From the NCBI GenBank assembly GCA_965228735.1, contig OZ245838.1, forward strand, positions 5,568,001 to 5,632,000: a stretch of 64,000 nucleotides of DNA. Reading direction: 5' to 3'. Under the pieces are notes generated by a model, which worked only from the letters and a program-made list of their open reading frames with translations, was not told where the DNA came from and ran no database searches. Both the position numbers and the translations under genes were made by a program. The stretch comes from Planctomycetota bacterium. Its GTDB lineage: Bacteria; Planctomycetota; UBA1135; UBA2386. The stretch's first letter is position 1, and each line of letters opens with the position of its first letter. Positions 29,811-38,054 of this stretch are shown piece by piece.

Positions 29811-32675
29811 ATGTCGAACGCCCAGCTCCTGCGTGCGCTCACCTCGTGCGCCGTCCTGTTCGCCGTTTCGGTTGCCGCTCAGGAACGCGCTGCGTCGGGT
29901 CTCCTTCGGCTGCGGTTTGCGACGTTCGATCCCGTCGCCGCGATGCCGGCGATCCCGGCGGACCTGCGATCCGACGCGAGCGATCGCCTGTTCGTCGTGC
30001 AGTTCGCCGGTGTGCCGACGGCCTCGAGTTGCGCGGTGCTCGTGGAGTCCATGGCCGAGGTGCACGGCTACCTGCCCGACAACGCCTACGTCGTGCGCAT
30101 GGCCCCGGCGCAGCGGGCGAGCGTGGCGACGCTGCCCGGCGTGCGCTGGGTCGGGGCCTACCATCCCGCGTATCGCATCGACCCGGCGATCGTCACGGAG
30201 TTGCGCCGTGGCGATCTGGAGACGCGGCGCTACGACCTGGTCGTCGTCGACAAGCACACCGACAAGCCGGCGCTCGGGGCGAACATCCGGGCGCTCGGAG
30301 GCCAGGTGGCGCACGAACACGCGGGCTCGCTGCTCTACTCCGCGACGCTGACACCCGCGCAGCTCCTGCAGGTCGCCGGTCTCGATGAGGTGCTGTGGAT
30401 CGACGCGTGGGGGCCGGCCGAACTCGACATGGACAACGCCCGCATCCAGGGCGGCGCCGATTACGTCGAGAACCAGACGGGCTACACCGGCGCCGGCGTC
30501 AACGCGCACGTCTACGAGGGCATCGAGGCGTCGCACCCCGACTTCACGGGCCCGGTGGTCAACGTCAGCGGCAGCGGCGCGGCGACGACCCACGGCCACG
30601 CGACCGCCGGCATCGTGTTCGGCAACGGCACGAGCAACCCCGCCGTGCGCGGGATGGCGCCCGACTGCGGCAAGTTCTACACCAACTTCAGCACCCCGAC
30701 GTCGCGCTACCAGGTCGTCAGTGACCTCGTCAACGTGCACGACGTGAGCCACACGACGGCGTCGTGGGGCGGGCCGCGCACCCGGTTCTACACGTCGACG
30801 TCGGCGGCCACGGACGACATCATCTTCGACCACGACATCGCGTGGACGCAGAGCCAGAGCAACTCGGGGAACCAGGACAGCCGACCGGAGGCGTGGGCGA
30901 AGAACATCTTCTCGATCGGCGGCGTCGATCACGGCGACAACGCCAACCCGCTCGACGACAGCTGGGCGCTCGGTGGCGGCAGCACCGGGCCCGCGGTCGA
31001 CTTCCGGATCAAGCCGACGCTCGCGGCCTACTACGACGACATCGGGACGTCGGACCTGACCGGTCCGGCGGGCTACTCGAGCGGCAACTGGACGGCGGGC
31101 TTTGGCGGCACCTCGGGCTCCACGCCGATCGTGGCGGGTCACAACGTGCTCGCGATCCAGATGTTCACCGATGACACGGGGACGCCGGGGATCGGCCGCT
31201 TCGGCAACCCGCTGCGCAACCCCGGAGGTTCGGCGCACGACAACCGGCCGCACTTCACGGCGCTGAAGTGCCTGCAGGTCGTGAGCGCGCGCCAGTACGC
31301 GTTCACGGCGACGAGCACCGACAATCGTCGGGAGCATGTCGGCTGGGGCTTCCCGGATCTGCAGACCATGTGGGACGACCGCGGCAAGACCTACATCGTC
31401 GACGAGACGGACGTGCTCGCCCCGGGCACGGCCAGCCGCTTCGACGTCGCCGTCGGCGCGGGCGAGCCGTCGCTGCGGATCGCGATGCACTACGCCGAGC
31501 CGGCCGCGAACCCGGCCGCCGCGAAGACCCTGATCAACGACCTCGACCTGCGTGTCGTCGGGCCGACCGGCACGGTCTACTGGGGCAACGCCGGGCTCGA
31601 GCAGGGCAACTGGTCCACTGTCGGCGGCAACCCCGACGACACCAACCCGATCGAGTGCGTGTTCGTGCAGAACCCGACGCCGGGTCAGTGGCACGTCGAC
31701 GTCGTCGCGCGCGCCGTCGTTGCCGACAACCACGTCGAGACGGCGGTGCTCGATGCGGACTACGGCCTCGTGATCGTCGGCGGTCAGACGACGCCGGGGA
31801 CGGCGCCGGCGCTCGCCGAGTTCGAGATCTATGGCCAGGGTTGCCCGGGTTCGGTGCAGCTGCCCAACCATTGCGCGCAGCTCAACGGCAACGGCGGTGC
31901 GCTGGTCGGCAGCACCAACCAATGGGAGTACACCTATGAGGTTACCGGCGTCGGCAGCGCCCAGGTCCTGAGCTTCGACCTCTACACCGCCTCGATCGCC
32001 GGACCGATCACGCGGCCGGCGCACATCTACGCGCAGTCCTTCAATGGACCGGCGAGCACGCCACTCGCGACGACGAGCATCACCGTCGGCCCGACGCCGG
32101 GCTTCTACACGGCGACGTTCGCAGCGCCGGTCGCGGTGAACGGCACGTTCTACATCGGCTACGACAACGCGCTTGGCGGCGTCGTCAGCAACCTCACGGG
32201 CGGCACGACGGGCCGCGGCTTCTTCCGCTCGCCGACGACCGGCGCGTGGGCGCAGAGCGGCCTCGTGCAGTTCCCGTCGTGGCGTGTCACCTGCGCGGGC
32301 GGGCCGTTGTTCGCGTCGCCTTTGCTCGGCAACGTCGGCCTGCCGATCCTCGGTGGCAGCTACGACGTCACCCTCGATGACGCGGCGCCGTCCACCGCGG
32401 CGTTCATGCTGGTTGGTCTGTCCGATCAGAGCTTCCAGGGCACCGCGTTGCCCGCGCCGATCCCGGGCGCGCCAGGCTGCGACGTCCAGGCGTCGCCGCA
32501 CAGCACGCAGCTGATCTTCACGAGCGCGGCCGGCACCGCATCGACGAACCTCGGTGTTCCCAACACGCTGTCGTTCGTCGGCCTCGAGCTCTTCCATCAG
32601 TGGGCCGTGCTCGATGCGGTGAACGCGATCGGCATCGTGGTCTCGGACGCGGGCAAGGCGACGGTCGGCGGCTGA
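29811..32675 (+). CDS. S8 subtilisin-like serine peptidase with propeptide and C-terminal extension
   Basis: Start ATG 29811; signal and propeptide (FVVQF, GYLPDNAY); YEGIE..HPDF, HGHATAG, SQSNSG, GTSGSTP; NDLDL domain; conserved C-terminal module. Confidence 0.9.
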   Translation: MSNAQLLRALTSCAVLFAVSVAAQERAASGLLRLRFATFDPVAAMPAIPADLRSDASDRLFVVQFAGVPTASSCAVLVESMAEVHGYLPDNAYVVRMAPAQRASVATLPGVRWVGAYHPAYRIDPAIVTELRRGDLETRRYDLVVVDKHTDKPALGANIRALGGQVAHEHAGSLLYSATLTPAQLLQVAGLDEVLWIDAWGPAELDMDNARIQGGADYVENQTGYTGAGVNAHVYEGIEASHPDFTGPVVNVSGSGAATTHGHATAGIVFGNGTSNPAVRGMAPDCGKFYTNFSTPTSRYQVVSDLVNVHDVSHTTASWGGPRTRFYTSTSAATDDIIFDHDIAWTQSQSNSGNQDSRPEAWAKNIFSIGGVDHGDNANPLDDSWALGGGSTGPAVDFRIKPTLAAYYDDIGTSDLTGPAGYSSGNWTAGFGGTSGSTPIVAGHNVLAIQMFTDDTGTPGIGRFGNPLRNPGGSAHDNRPHFTALKCLQVVSARQYAFTATSTDNRREHVGWGFPDLQTMWDDRGKTYIVDETDVLAPGTASRFDVAVGAGEPSLRIAMHYAEPAANPAAAKTLINDLDLRVVGPTGTVYWGNAGLEQGNWSTVGGNPDDTNPIECVFVQNPTPGQWHVDVVARAVVADNHVETAVLDADYGLVIVGGQTTPGTAPALAEFEIYGQGCPGSVQLPNHCAQLNGNGGALVGSTNQWEYTYEVTGVGSAQVLSFDLYTASIAGPITRPAHIYAQSFNGPASTPLATTSITVGPTPGFYTATFAAPVAVNGTFYIGYDNALGGVVSNLTGGTTGRGFFRSPTTGAWAQSGLVQFPSWRVTCAGGPLFASPLLGNVGLPILGGSYDVTLDDAAPSTAAFMLVGLSDQSFQGTALPAPIPGAPGCDVQASPHSTQLIFTSAAGTASTNLGVPNTLSFVGLELFHQWAVLDAVNAIGIVVSDAGKATVGG

Positions 32676-32715
32676 CGGGGTGGGGCCGGTACGGCGCCTC
32701 CGTTACGTTCGGCGC

Positions 32716-32928
32716 ATGCACGCAGCCTGCACCTTCGTGGCGCTGGGTGCGGTCGATCTGGAGCTCGATGGCGCGACGCGGCTGCCGGGCGGCTCGACGC
32801 GGTTCGGGGCGAAACGCGGTCAGGTCGCGGGCGAGGCCGTGGCGGGCGAGTTGCTCGTCGTCGAGTTCCCGATCCGCGCGCCGGCCGATCTCGGGGAGCG
32901 GGCGGATCGCGGCGGATCCGGGCGCTGA
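32716..32928 (+). CDS. Small hypothetical protein (70 aa)
   Basis: Fills an intergenic gap. TACGTT lies exactly 6 nt before ATG 32716, the same arrangement as several confident genes in this window. Confidence 0.35.
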   Translation: MHAACTFVALGAVDLELDGATRLPGGSTRFGAKRGQVAGEAVAGELLVVEFPIRAPADLGERADRGGSGR

Positions 32929-33006
32929 TCGGTCTGCCCGCCAATCTCCTGGGGCTGGCCGCCTCGCGCTTGCCTGTCGGTTGGGAGGTCGTAGGTTGCA
33001 GGCACC

Positions 33007-33246
33007 ATGACCGACCAGAAGAAGATCGTCGTCTACAGCGGTGCCGGTTGACCGGCGTGCACCATGGTGAAGGAGTTCCTCACCAAGAAGGGCCTGGAGT
33101 TCGAGGTCAAGGACGTCCACAACGACGCCGATGCGCAGAGCGACATGGTCGAGATGGGCATCATGTCGATCCCGGTGACGCGCATCGACGGCGGTGAGCC
33201 GATCGTCGGCGCGGACTACGCGAAGATCGAAGCCCAGCTGGCCTGA
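33007..33246 (+). CDS. Glutaredoxin/NrdH-like selenoprotein (UxxC), in-frame TGA read as Sec
   Basis: MTDQKKIVVYSGAG-U(TGA 33049-33051)-PAC-TMVKEFLTKKGLEFEVKDV...MSIPVTRIDG..IVG. The TGA sits exactly at the first Cys of the CxxC motif in a complete 79-aa Grx fold. Confidence 0.88.
33065..33085 (+). promoter_or_regulatory. Candidate bacterial SECIS hairpin
   Basis: TGGTG-A-AGG-[AGTT]-CCT-CACCA. The apical loop starts 22 nt after the UGA and has G in its second position. Confidence 0.55.
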
Positions 33247-33255
33247 TCGGCCGGT

Positions 33256-33903
33256 TCAGGCCATCGGTGAACGCCAGACGACCTGCGTGACGTCCTCGAG
33301 TCCGGCCGCCTTGAACTTCGGCGGCAGCTCGTCGACCACGCGCGTGGTTTCGACCCGCTCGAGGTCGGGCCAATAGCCGAGCACCTCGTCCGGATGCACG
33401 GCGAACGGCGGGCCGGCGGTCACCGACTGGTCGTACTCGAGCGTGACGACGACCCGCGCCGGATCGGCCGTGAGTCGCGCGTTGGTGTGCGCGACGTACT
33501 TCGGCCGCAGATCCGGCGGCAACGCGACGAGCGCAGCGCGGTCGTAGCACGCGTCGAAGTCGGTCGCCGAGAACGCGAAGTAGTCGCCCTGCAGGATCTG
33601 CAATCGGAGCGGCTCGTCTACGTCGACGGCGACGTGGGCGGTGAGTTCGCCGGCGCTCCGGCGCTCGCGCGCCAGCCCCTGTTCACGGAAGAACGCGTCG
33701 ATCGCGATCTCCGACAGCTCGACGCCGACGACGTCGTGGCCGCGGCGGGCCAGCCAGAGCAGGTCCGGCGTCTTGCCGCAGAGCGGCACGAGCACGCGGT
33801 TGCCTTCGCTGCGCCAGTGGCGCTGCAGCCCGTCGTTGCCCTGAGGCTGGTGCCAGCCCGTGCGGCCCGTCTGCCAGCGGTCGATCCAGTCACTGTGCGT
33901 CAT
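33256..33903 (-). CDS. tpm: Thiopurine S-methyltransferase
   Basis: W..RW..G.TGWH, RVLVPLCGK..DL.WLA..G..VVGVELSE.A, YDRAALVALP..R..Y, GPPF.V. Confidence 0.92.
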   Translation of the reverse strand: MTHSDWIDRWQTGRTGWHQPQGNDGLQRHWRSEGNRVLVPLCGKTPDLLWLARRGHDVVGVELSEIAIDAFFREQGLARERRSAGELTAHVAVDVDEPLRLQILQGDYFAFSATDFDACYDRAALVALPPDLRPKYVAHTNARLTADPARVVVTLEYDQSVTAGPPFAVHPDEVLGYWPDLERVETTRVVDELPPKFKAAGLEDVTQVVWRSPMA

Positions 33904-33955
33904 CGCCACGGGATAGCGCGCGGCGGGCCTGCTGCCAACGGTCTTTGCCCGCCAG

Positions 33956-34369
33956 TCAGCGCGCGAGCATGCGGGGCAGGATGTCGCTGAGGCTCAGGAT
34001 GCCGACGACCTCGGTGCCGCGCAGCACGGGCACGCGTCGCACGCCCGACATCCGCATCAGGTTGACACAGTCGAGCACGTTCGCCGTCGCCGGCACGCAG
34101 ATCGCCGGATGGGTCGCGGCGTCGGCGACCGCGAGCTGATCGAGGATCGCGGTGTCGTGCGCGGCGACGAGGTTGACGATGTCCTTGCTCGTGAGGATGC
34201 CGGGCAGGTCCGCAGCCGTGCGGCCGGGGACGAGCAGGGCGCGGACACCTTGCCGCACCATGTGGTCGCCGGCGGCGCGCAGCTCGTCGGTCGGCTGCGC
34301 CCACTGCAGGTCGGTCGTCATCAGCTCCTCGGCGCGGAGCTCCGTGAGGTCGAGTTGGGTCGTGGTCAT
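33956..34369 (-). CDS. CBS-domain pair protein
   Basis: Two CBS repeats (LPGILTSKDI; RRVPV...VVGILSLSDI). The start overlaps the upstream stop (ATGA). Confidence 0.85.
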   Translation of the reverse strand: MTTTQLDLTELRAEELMTTDLQWAQPTDELRAAGDHMVRQGVRALLVPGRTAADLPGILTSKDIVNLVAAHDTAILDQLAVADAATHPAICVPATANVLDCVNLMRMSGVRRVPVLRGTEVVGILSLSDILPRMLAR

Positions 34370-35667
34370 GGCAGCAGTCGCCGCACGATCGTGCGGCTCT
34401 CTTGGTCGAAGTGGAACGTGCACGGGCCGAGCTCGTGGTCGGGTCGCAGCTCAGCGCCGCCGAAGCGGATCACGACCCCCGGATGGCAGGCCGTGTGAAC
34501 CTGGATCTCGGCTTCCGCGAGCAGGACGGCGCGTTGTCGGCGAACGCGCAGGCGGGCGTCGCTCTCGCGGTCGGCCGCGCGAACGGCCGCGCGCAGGGTC
34601 TTGCCGCCGCGGTTGCCGGTCTTCCGAGCGTTGCGAGCGAGCCGCGATGCCTTCGCGGTCTCGCGGGCCGCGGCGACTCGTTCGGCCACGGGTTCACCGA
34701 CGGCGAGCAGGGTCGTGGTCCCGGACGGGCAGCCGGCCGTGCCGACGACGATGCGGCGCTGTGCCCGCAGCTCGCCACCACGCACCGACGCGCGGCCGCG
34801 CTCGACATGGATCGTGTCCGCCGTGATGCGAGCCTGATGAGCCTGGTCCGCGATCTCGACGTCGCCCCGAGCCGTGATGCGTGCCGCGGTCGCGTGGCGG
34901 CAGGCGACGTCCGCGCCGGCCTGCACGACGCTGTCGCCGAGGATCCCGTGCTGCACGTGCGCTGCGCCGCCGGCGCGGATCTGGCCGTTCTCGACGGAAC
35001 CGTGCACGACGACGTCGCCGCTCGCGTCGGCGAGGAAGCCGCGCACGATGTCGCCCGTCACGATGAGCGTGCCGTTGCTGTGCAGGTTGCCGCCCGCGTA
35101 GTCGACGTCGCCGCGGTGCACGTGCAGCGGGGTCACGTCGACGAGGTCGCTCGTCCACAGCACGACGCCGTCACGGGCCGCGACGAGCGTGTCACCCCGG
35201 CGTTCGAGCCCTTCGCCGATGTGGCGGCCATCGGGGCGGCCGGCGCGCGGCGGGAGGGGCTCGCCTCGCACCGTGTGACCCGGGGTGCCGGATGTCGGCG
35301 ACCGGACGATCGCGACGGTGTCGCCGACGGTCACCGGTCGCAGCGCGTTCCGCTCGCGGAAGTCGATCGTCTCGTCGTCGGCGGTCCGGCCGGCCTGCAG
35401 GTCCTTCTCGAGGCGGCTTTCGATGCAGCCGTCGGTCCCGTCGACGGGCGCGATGCCGTGGGCGATCGCGATCGCCGCGCCGGTCGCGGGCTCCTGCAGC
35501 CGTTCGGCCAGGGCCGTGAGGGCGTCCTCGTCGACGCCGCGTTCGACGCCGGCGGCCGTCAGCGCCGCCCGAACGTCGGTCAACGCAGCGACCGCGCCGC
35601 GGTCAACGCGCACCTGCGCCACGAGTCCGTCGTCGGAGATCGTGACGTGCAGGGCGGCGTTGGTCAT
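34366..35667 (-). CDS. DUF342 / FapA family protein
   Basis: V.IS.DGL.A, IA.G..PVDG.DG, IDFRE.N....V..GD, GDVDY..GN, bactofilin-like beta-helix repeats, HPGV.I. Confidence 0.85.
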   Translation of the reverse strand: MTNAALHVTISDDGLVAQVRVDRGAVAALTDVRAALTAAGVERGVDEDALTALAERLQEPATGAAIAIAHGIAPVDGTDGCIESRLEKDLQAGRTADDETIDFRERNALRPVTVGDTVAIVRSPTSGTPGHTVRGEPLPPRAGRPDGRHIGEGLERRGDTLVAARDGVVLWTSDLVDVTPLHVHRGDVDYAGGNLHSNGTLIVTGDIVRGFLADASGDVVVHGSVENGQIRAGGAAHVQHGILGDSVVQAGADVACRHATAARITARGDVEIADQAHQARITADTIHVERGRASVRGGELRAQRRIVVGTAGCPSGTTTLLAVGEPVAERVAAARETAKASRLARNARKTGNRGGKTLRAAVRAADRESDARLRVRRQRAVLLAEAEIQVHTACHPGVVIRFGGAELRPDHELGPCTFHFDQESRTIVRRLLP

Positions 35668-35742
35668 GGGCGGTGGATCCCGTCATTGAGACCATCGTCT
35701 GGCGCGAATCGTGGCTTGAGGCACTACCATGCGCGCCTCTCG

Positions 35743-36522
35743 ATGCTCCGAATCCTCGTTGTCGTGGCCGCGGCCGTGCTCTCGGGCTGTGCCGGTTTCT
35801 TCCCCCAGTCCGCGCAGGTGACGCCGCAGCGGCCGACGTTCTCCTCCAACACCGCCACCACGGCCGAGGGCACCCTCGAGCTCGAGGCCGGCGGTGCGAT
35901 CGATCCGGGTGATTCGATCGACACGCCGCTCGTCGCGAAGTGGGGCACAGGTCCCGGTACCGAGCTGTTCGCCGGTTGGTCGCCGCTGCAGTATCTCGAA
36001 CGCCCCGGGCCCGACGGGCTCGGCGTGTCGGACCTCGTGCTCGGCACGCGCCATCGCTTCATCGAGGCAGGCGATGGCACGCCGTCGATGGCCGTGCAGC
36101 TCGCGACCAAGCTGCCGTCGGGCGACAGTTCGGAGGGCCTGTCCACCGATCAGATCGACTTCAACCTCGCGGCGATCCTGACGCAGACGTTCGGCAGCCT
36201 CGAGGCGACGGTCTACTACAACGCGGGCTTCCTCGGCCAGGGCGTCGGCGACCCCAACCTGCAGCACACGCTCGCGCTCGCGGCCGGGCTGCCCATCAAC
36301 GATCGCATCGGCGTGTTCGGTGAACTCACCGGGATCATCGAGCACGAGCGCAGCCTCGAGGAGTACTACTTCATCGGCGGCGCGACCTACTCGAGCGAGC
36401 CCGGCGTGATGTTCGACCTCGGTGCGCGGATCGGTCTCAACGACGACGCGGCCGACTTCGCGCTGCTGTTCGGCTTCACGACGAACTTCGGGCCCGCGAG
36501 CTCTTGGGGCGGCGGCGAGTAG
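35743..36522 (+). CDS. Putative outer-membrane beta-barrel (MetA/phenol-degradation 'transporter' family)
   Basis: Signal/lipobox; P.RPTFS....T...G.LELE.G; G.SD..LG.R; KLPSG; C-terminal alternating beta strands (FDLG..IGLN..A.D..L.FG). Confidence 0.7.
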   Translation: MLRILVVVAAAVLSGCAGFFPQSAQVTPQRPTFSSNTATTAEGTLELEAGGAIDPGDSIDTPLVAKWGTGPGTELFAGWSPLQYLERPGPDGLGVSDLVLGTRHRFIEAGDGTPSMAVQLATKLPSGDSSEGLSTDQIDFNLAAILTQTFGSLEATVYYNAGFLGQGVGDPNLQHTLALAAGLPINDRIGVFGELTGIIEHERSLEEYYFIGGATYSSEPGVMFDLGARIGLNDDAADFALLFGFTTNFGPASSWGGGE

Positions 36523-36531
36523 TCGCCGAGG

Positions 36532-37431
36532 TCACGCGAGACGGTCGACGGCGAGCTGCATCGTCTGCGTGTGGACGGTGACGACGTCGCCGAGGTCGCG
36601 GCCGTACCCGCCGGCGATCGTGATGGCGACCGGCAGACCGCGCGAGCGACACGCGTCGAGCACCATCTCGTCGCGGGCGCGCAGGCCGGCGAACGTGAGC
36701 TTCATCTTGCCGATGCGGTCGCGTTCGTGCGGATCGGCGCCCGCGAGGTAGATCGCGAGGTCGGCGTCGGCGCGGTCGATCGCGGTGCGCAGGCCGTCCT
36801 CGAGCTCCGCGAGGTAGATCACGTCGCCCGTGCCGTTCGGCAGCTGGATGTCGAGGTCCGAGCGCTTCGAGAACTTGGGGTAGCCCGACATGCCGTGGAT
36901 CGAGAACGCGAAAATCGAGGCGTCGTCCTGCACGAGCTCGGCCGTCCCGTCGCCCTGGTGGACGTCGCAGTCGATGATGATCGCGCGCCGGATCGCACCT
37001 TCCCGTTGGAGTGTGCGCACCGCGACGACCGCGTCGTTGAACACGCAATAGCCCGCGCCGCGATCGGCGGCCGCGTGGTGGGTGCCGCCGCCGAGATAGG
37101 CCGCGATCCCGTCCGTCAGCGCGGCTCGCGTCGTGGCGAGCGTCGCGCCGACCGAACGGCGGCTCCGCTCGACGAGCTCGGGCGACCACGGCAGGCCGAT
37201 GCGGCGTTGCTCGAGCGGCGTCAGGTCGCCGGTGAGCACGCGCTCGACGTAGTTGGCGGTGTGCGCCAGTCGCAGCTGATCCGGCGTCGCCGCCGGCGCT
37301 ACTTCGCAGTGGCCGTTCGCCGGCAGGCCGAGCTCTTCGACGCGTTCGCGCAGGCGGCGGTACTTCGAGAGCGGAAAGAAGTGGCCGTCCGGCAGCGGGA
37401 TCGGGAACGCGTCCGTCGTGAAGATCCGCAT
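36532..37431 (-). CDS. Histone deacetylase family (Zn-dependent amidohydrolase)
   Basis: H.FP..KY, GGGTHHA, GYCVFND, IDCDVHQGDGT, AGADP, AGGY. The start overlaps the tsaA stop (TGATG). Confidence 0.92.
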   Translation of the reverse strand: MRIFTTDAFPIPLPDGHFFPLSKYRRLRERVEELGLPANGHCEVAPAATPDQLRLAHTANYVERVLTGDLTPLEQRRIGLPWSPELVERSRRSVGATLATTRAALTDGIAAYLGGGTHHAAADRGAGYCVFNDAVVAVRTLQREGAIRRAIIIDCDVHQGDGTAELVQDDASIFAFSIHGMSGYPKFSKRSDLDIQLPNGTGDVIYLAELEDGLRTAIDRADADLAIYLAGADPHERDRIGKMKLTFAGLRARDEMVLDACRSRGLPVAITIAGGYGRDLGDVVTVHTQTMQLAVDRLA

Positions 37432-38009
37432 CACGACTCGTGGTCGCGCGCGTCGTCCAGACCGATGCGCTCGGCGCGGGCGCGATAGGTCGCCGGCGGT
37501 TGCACGGCCTTGTCCCGCCACCAGGCGCGATGGTCGGGTGCGCCCTCCGGCAGCCCGTTCACGTACCCGATGCGCGCGTCGGGAATGCTGTCGCAGTACG
37601 GCAGATACGGCTTGAGGTCGAGCACGGGCGTGCCGTCGAGCAGATCGTGATCCGCGATGTGCAGCACCCGCTTGTCGCGGCGCATCAACCGCACGGCGGA
37701 CAACCCGATCGGGTTGGGCCGCTGAGGCGCGCGCGTCGCGAACACGCCGCGCTTCTTGTCGTCGCGCGGCGGCTGCACCACGAGCGGCCGCCCGCGCGCG
37801 TGGTGGCACCAGAACACGACCCACAGATGGCTGAACCCGTCGAGGTCACCGAGTCCGTTCTGGTAGTCCTGGTGCACGACGATCTCACCCGTCGCACCGC
37901 GCCCGAGCCCGCTCTGCCGCGGCGCCTCGTGATGCACGGTGGCGTCGCAGCGGACGATCGCGATGGCGTCGAGCGGTGGGGTGGCGGGGCTGGGCGAACG
38001 GTCGGGCAC
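37431..38009 (-). CDS. tsaA: tRNA (N6-threonylcarbamoyladenosine(37)-N6)-methyltransferase TrmO
   Basis: APRQ, L.GFSHLWVVF..H, GVFATRAP.RPNPIGLS, DLLDGTPVLDLKPY.P..D. Confidence 0.92.
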   Translation of the reverse strand: MPDRSPSPATPPLDAIAIVRCDATVHHEAPRQSGLGRGATGEIVVHQDYQNGLGDLDGFSHLWVVFWCHHARGRPLVVQPPRDDKKRGVFATRAPQRPNPIGLSAVRLMRRDKRVLHIADHDLLDGTPVLDLKPYLPYCDSIPDARIGYVNGLPEGAPDHRAWWRDKAVQPPATYRARAERIGLDDARDHES

Positions 38010-38054
38010 GCCTGCATCGTGCCGGTTCGCCAGCAGCCGCGCAAAGACCGCCGC

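Noticed and set aside
33007..33063. Glutaredoxin as a nonsense pseudogene
   Set aside because: The stop is TGA exactly at the redox Cys position, the rest of the gene is intact, and a SECIS-like hairpin follows. Selenocysteine is the simpler explanation.
33007..33903. Selenium gene cluster (selenoprotein next to tpm, whose bacterial homologs can methylate Se/Te compounds)
   Set aside because: The genes are convergent, not co-transcribed, and no other Se genes are present. Adjacency alone is insufficient.
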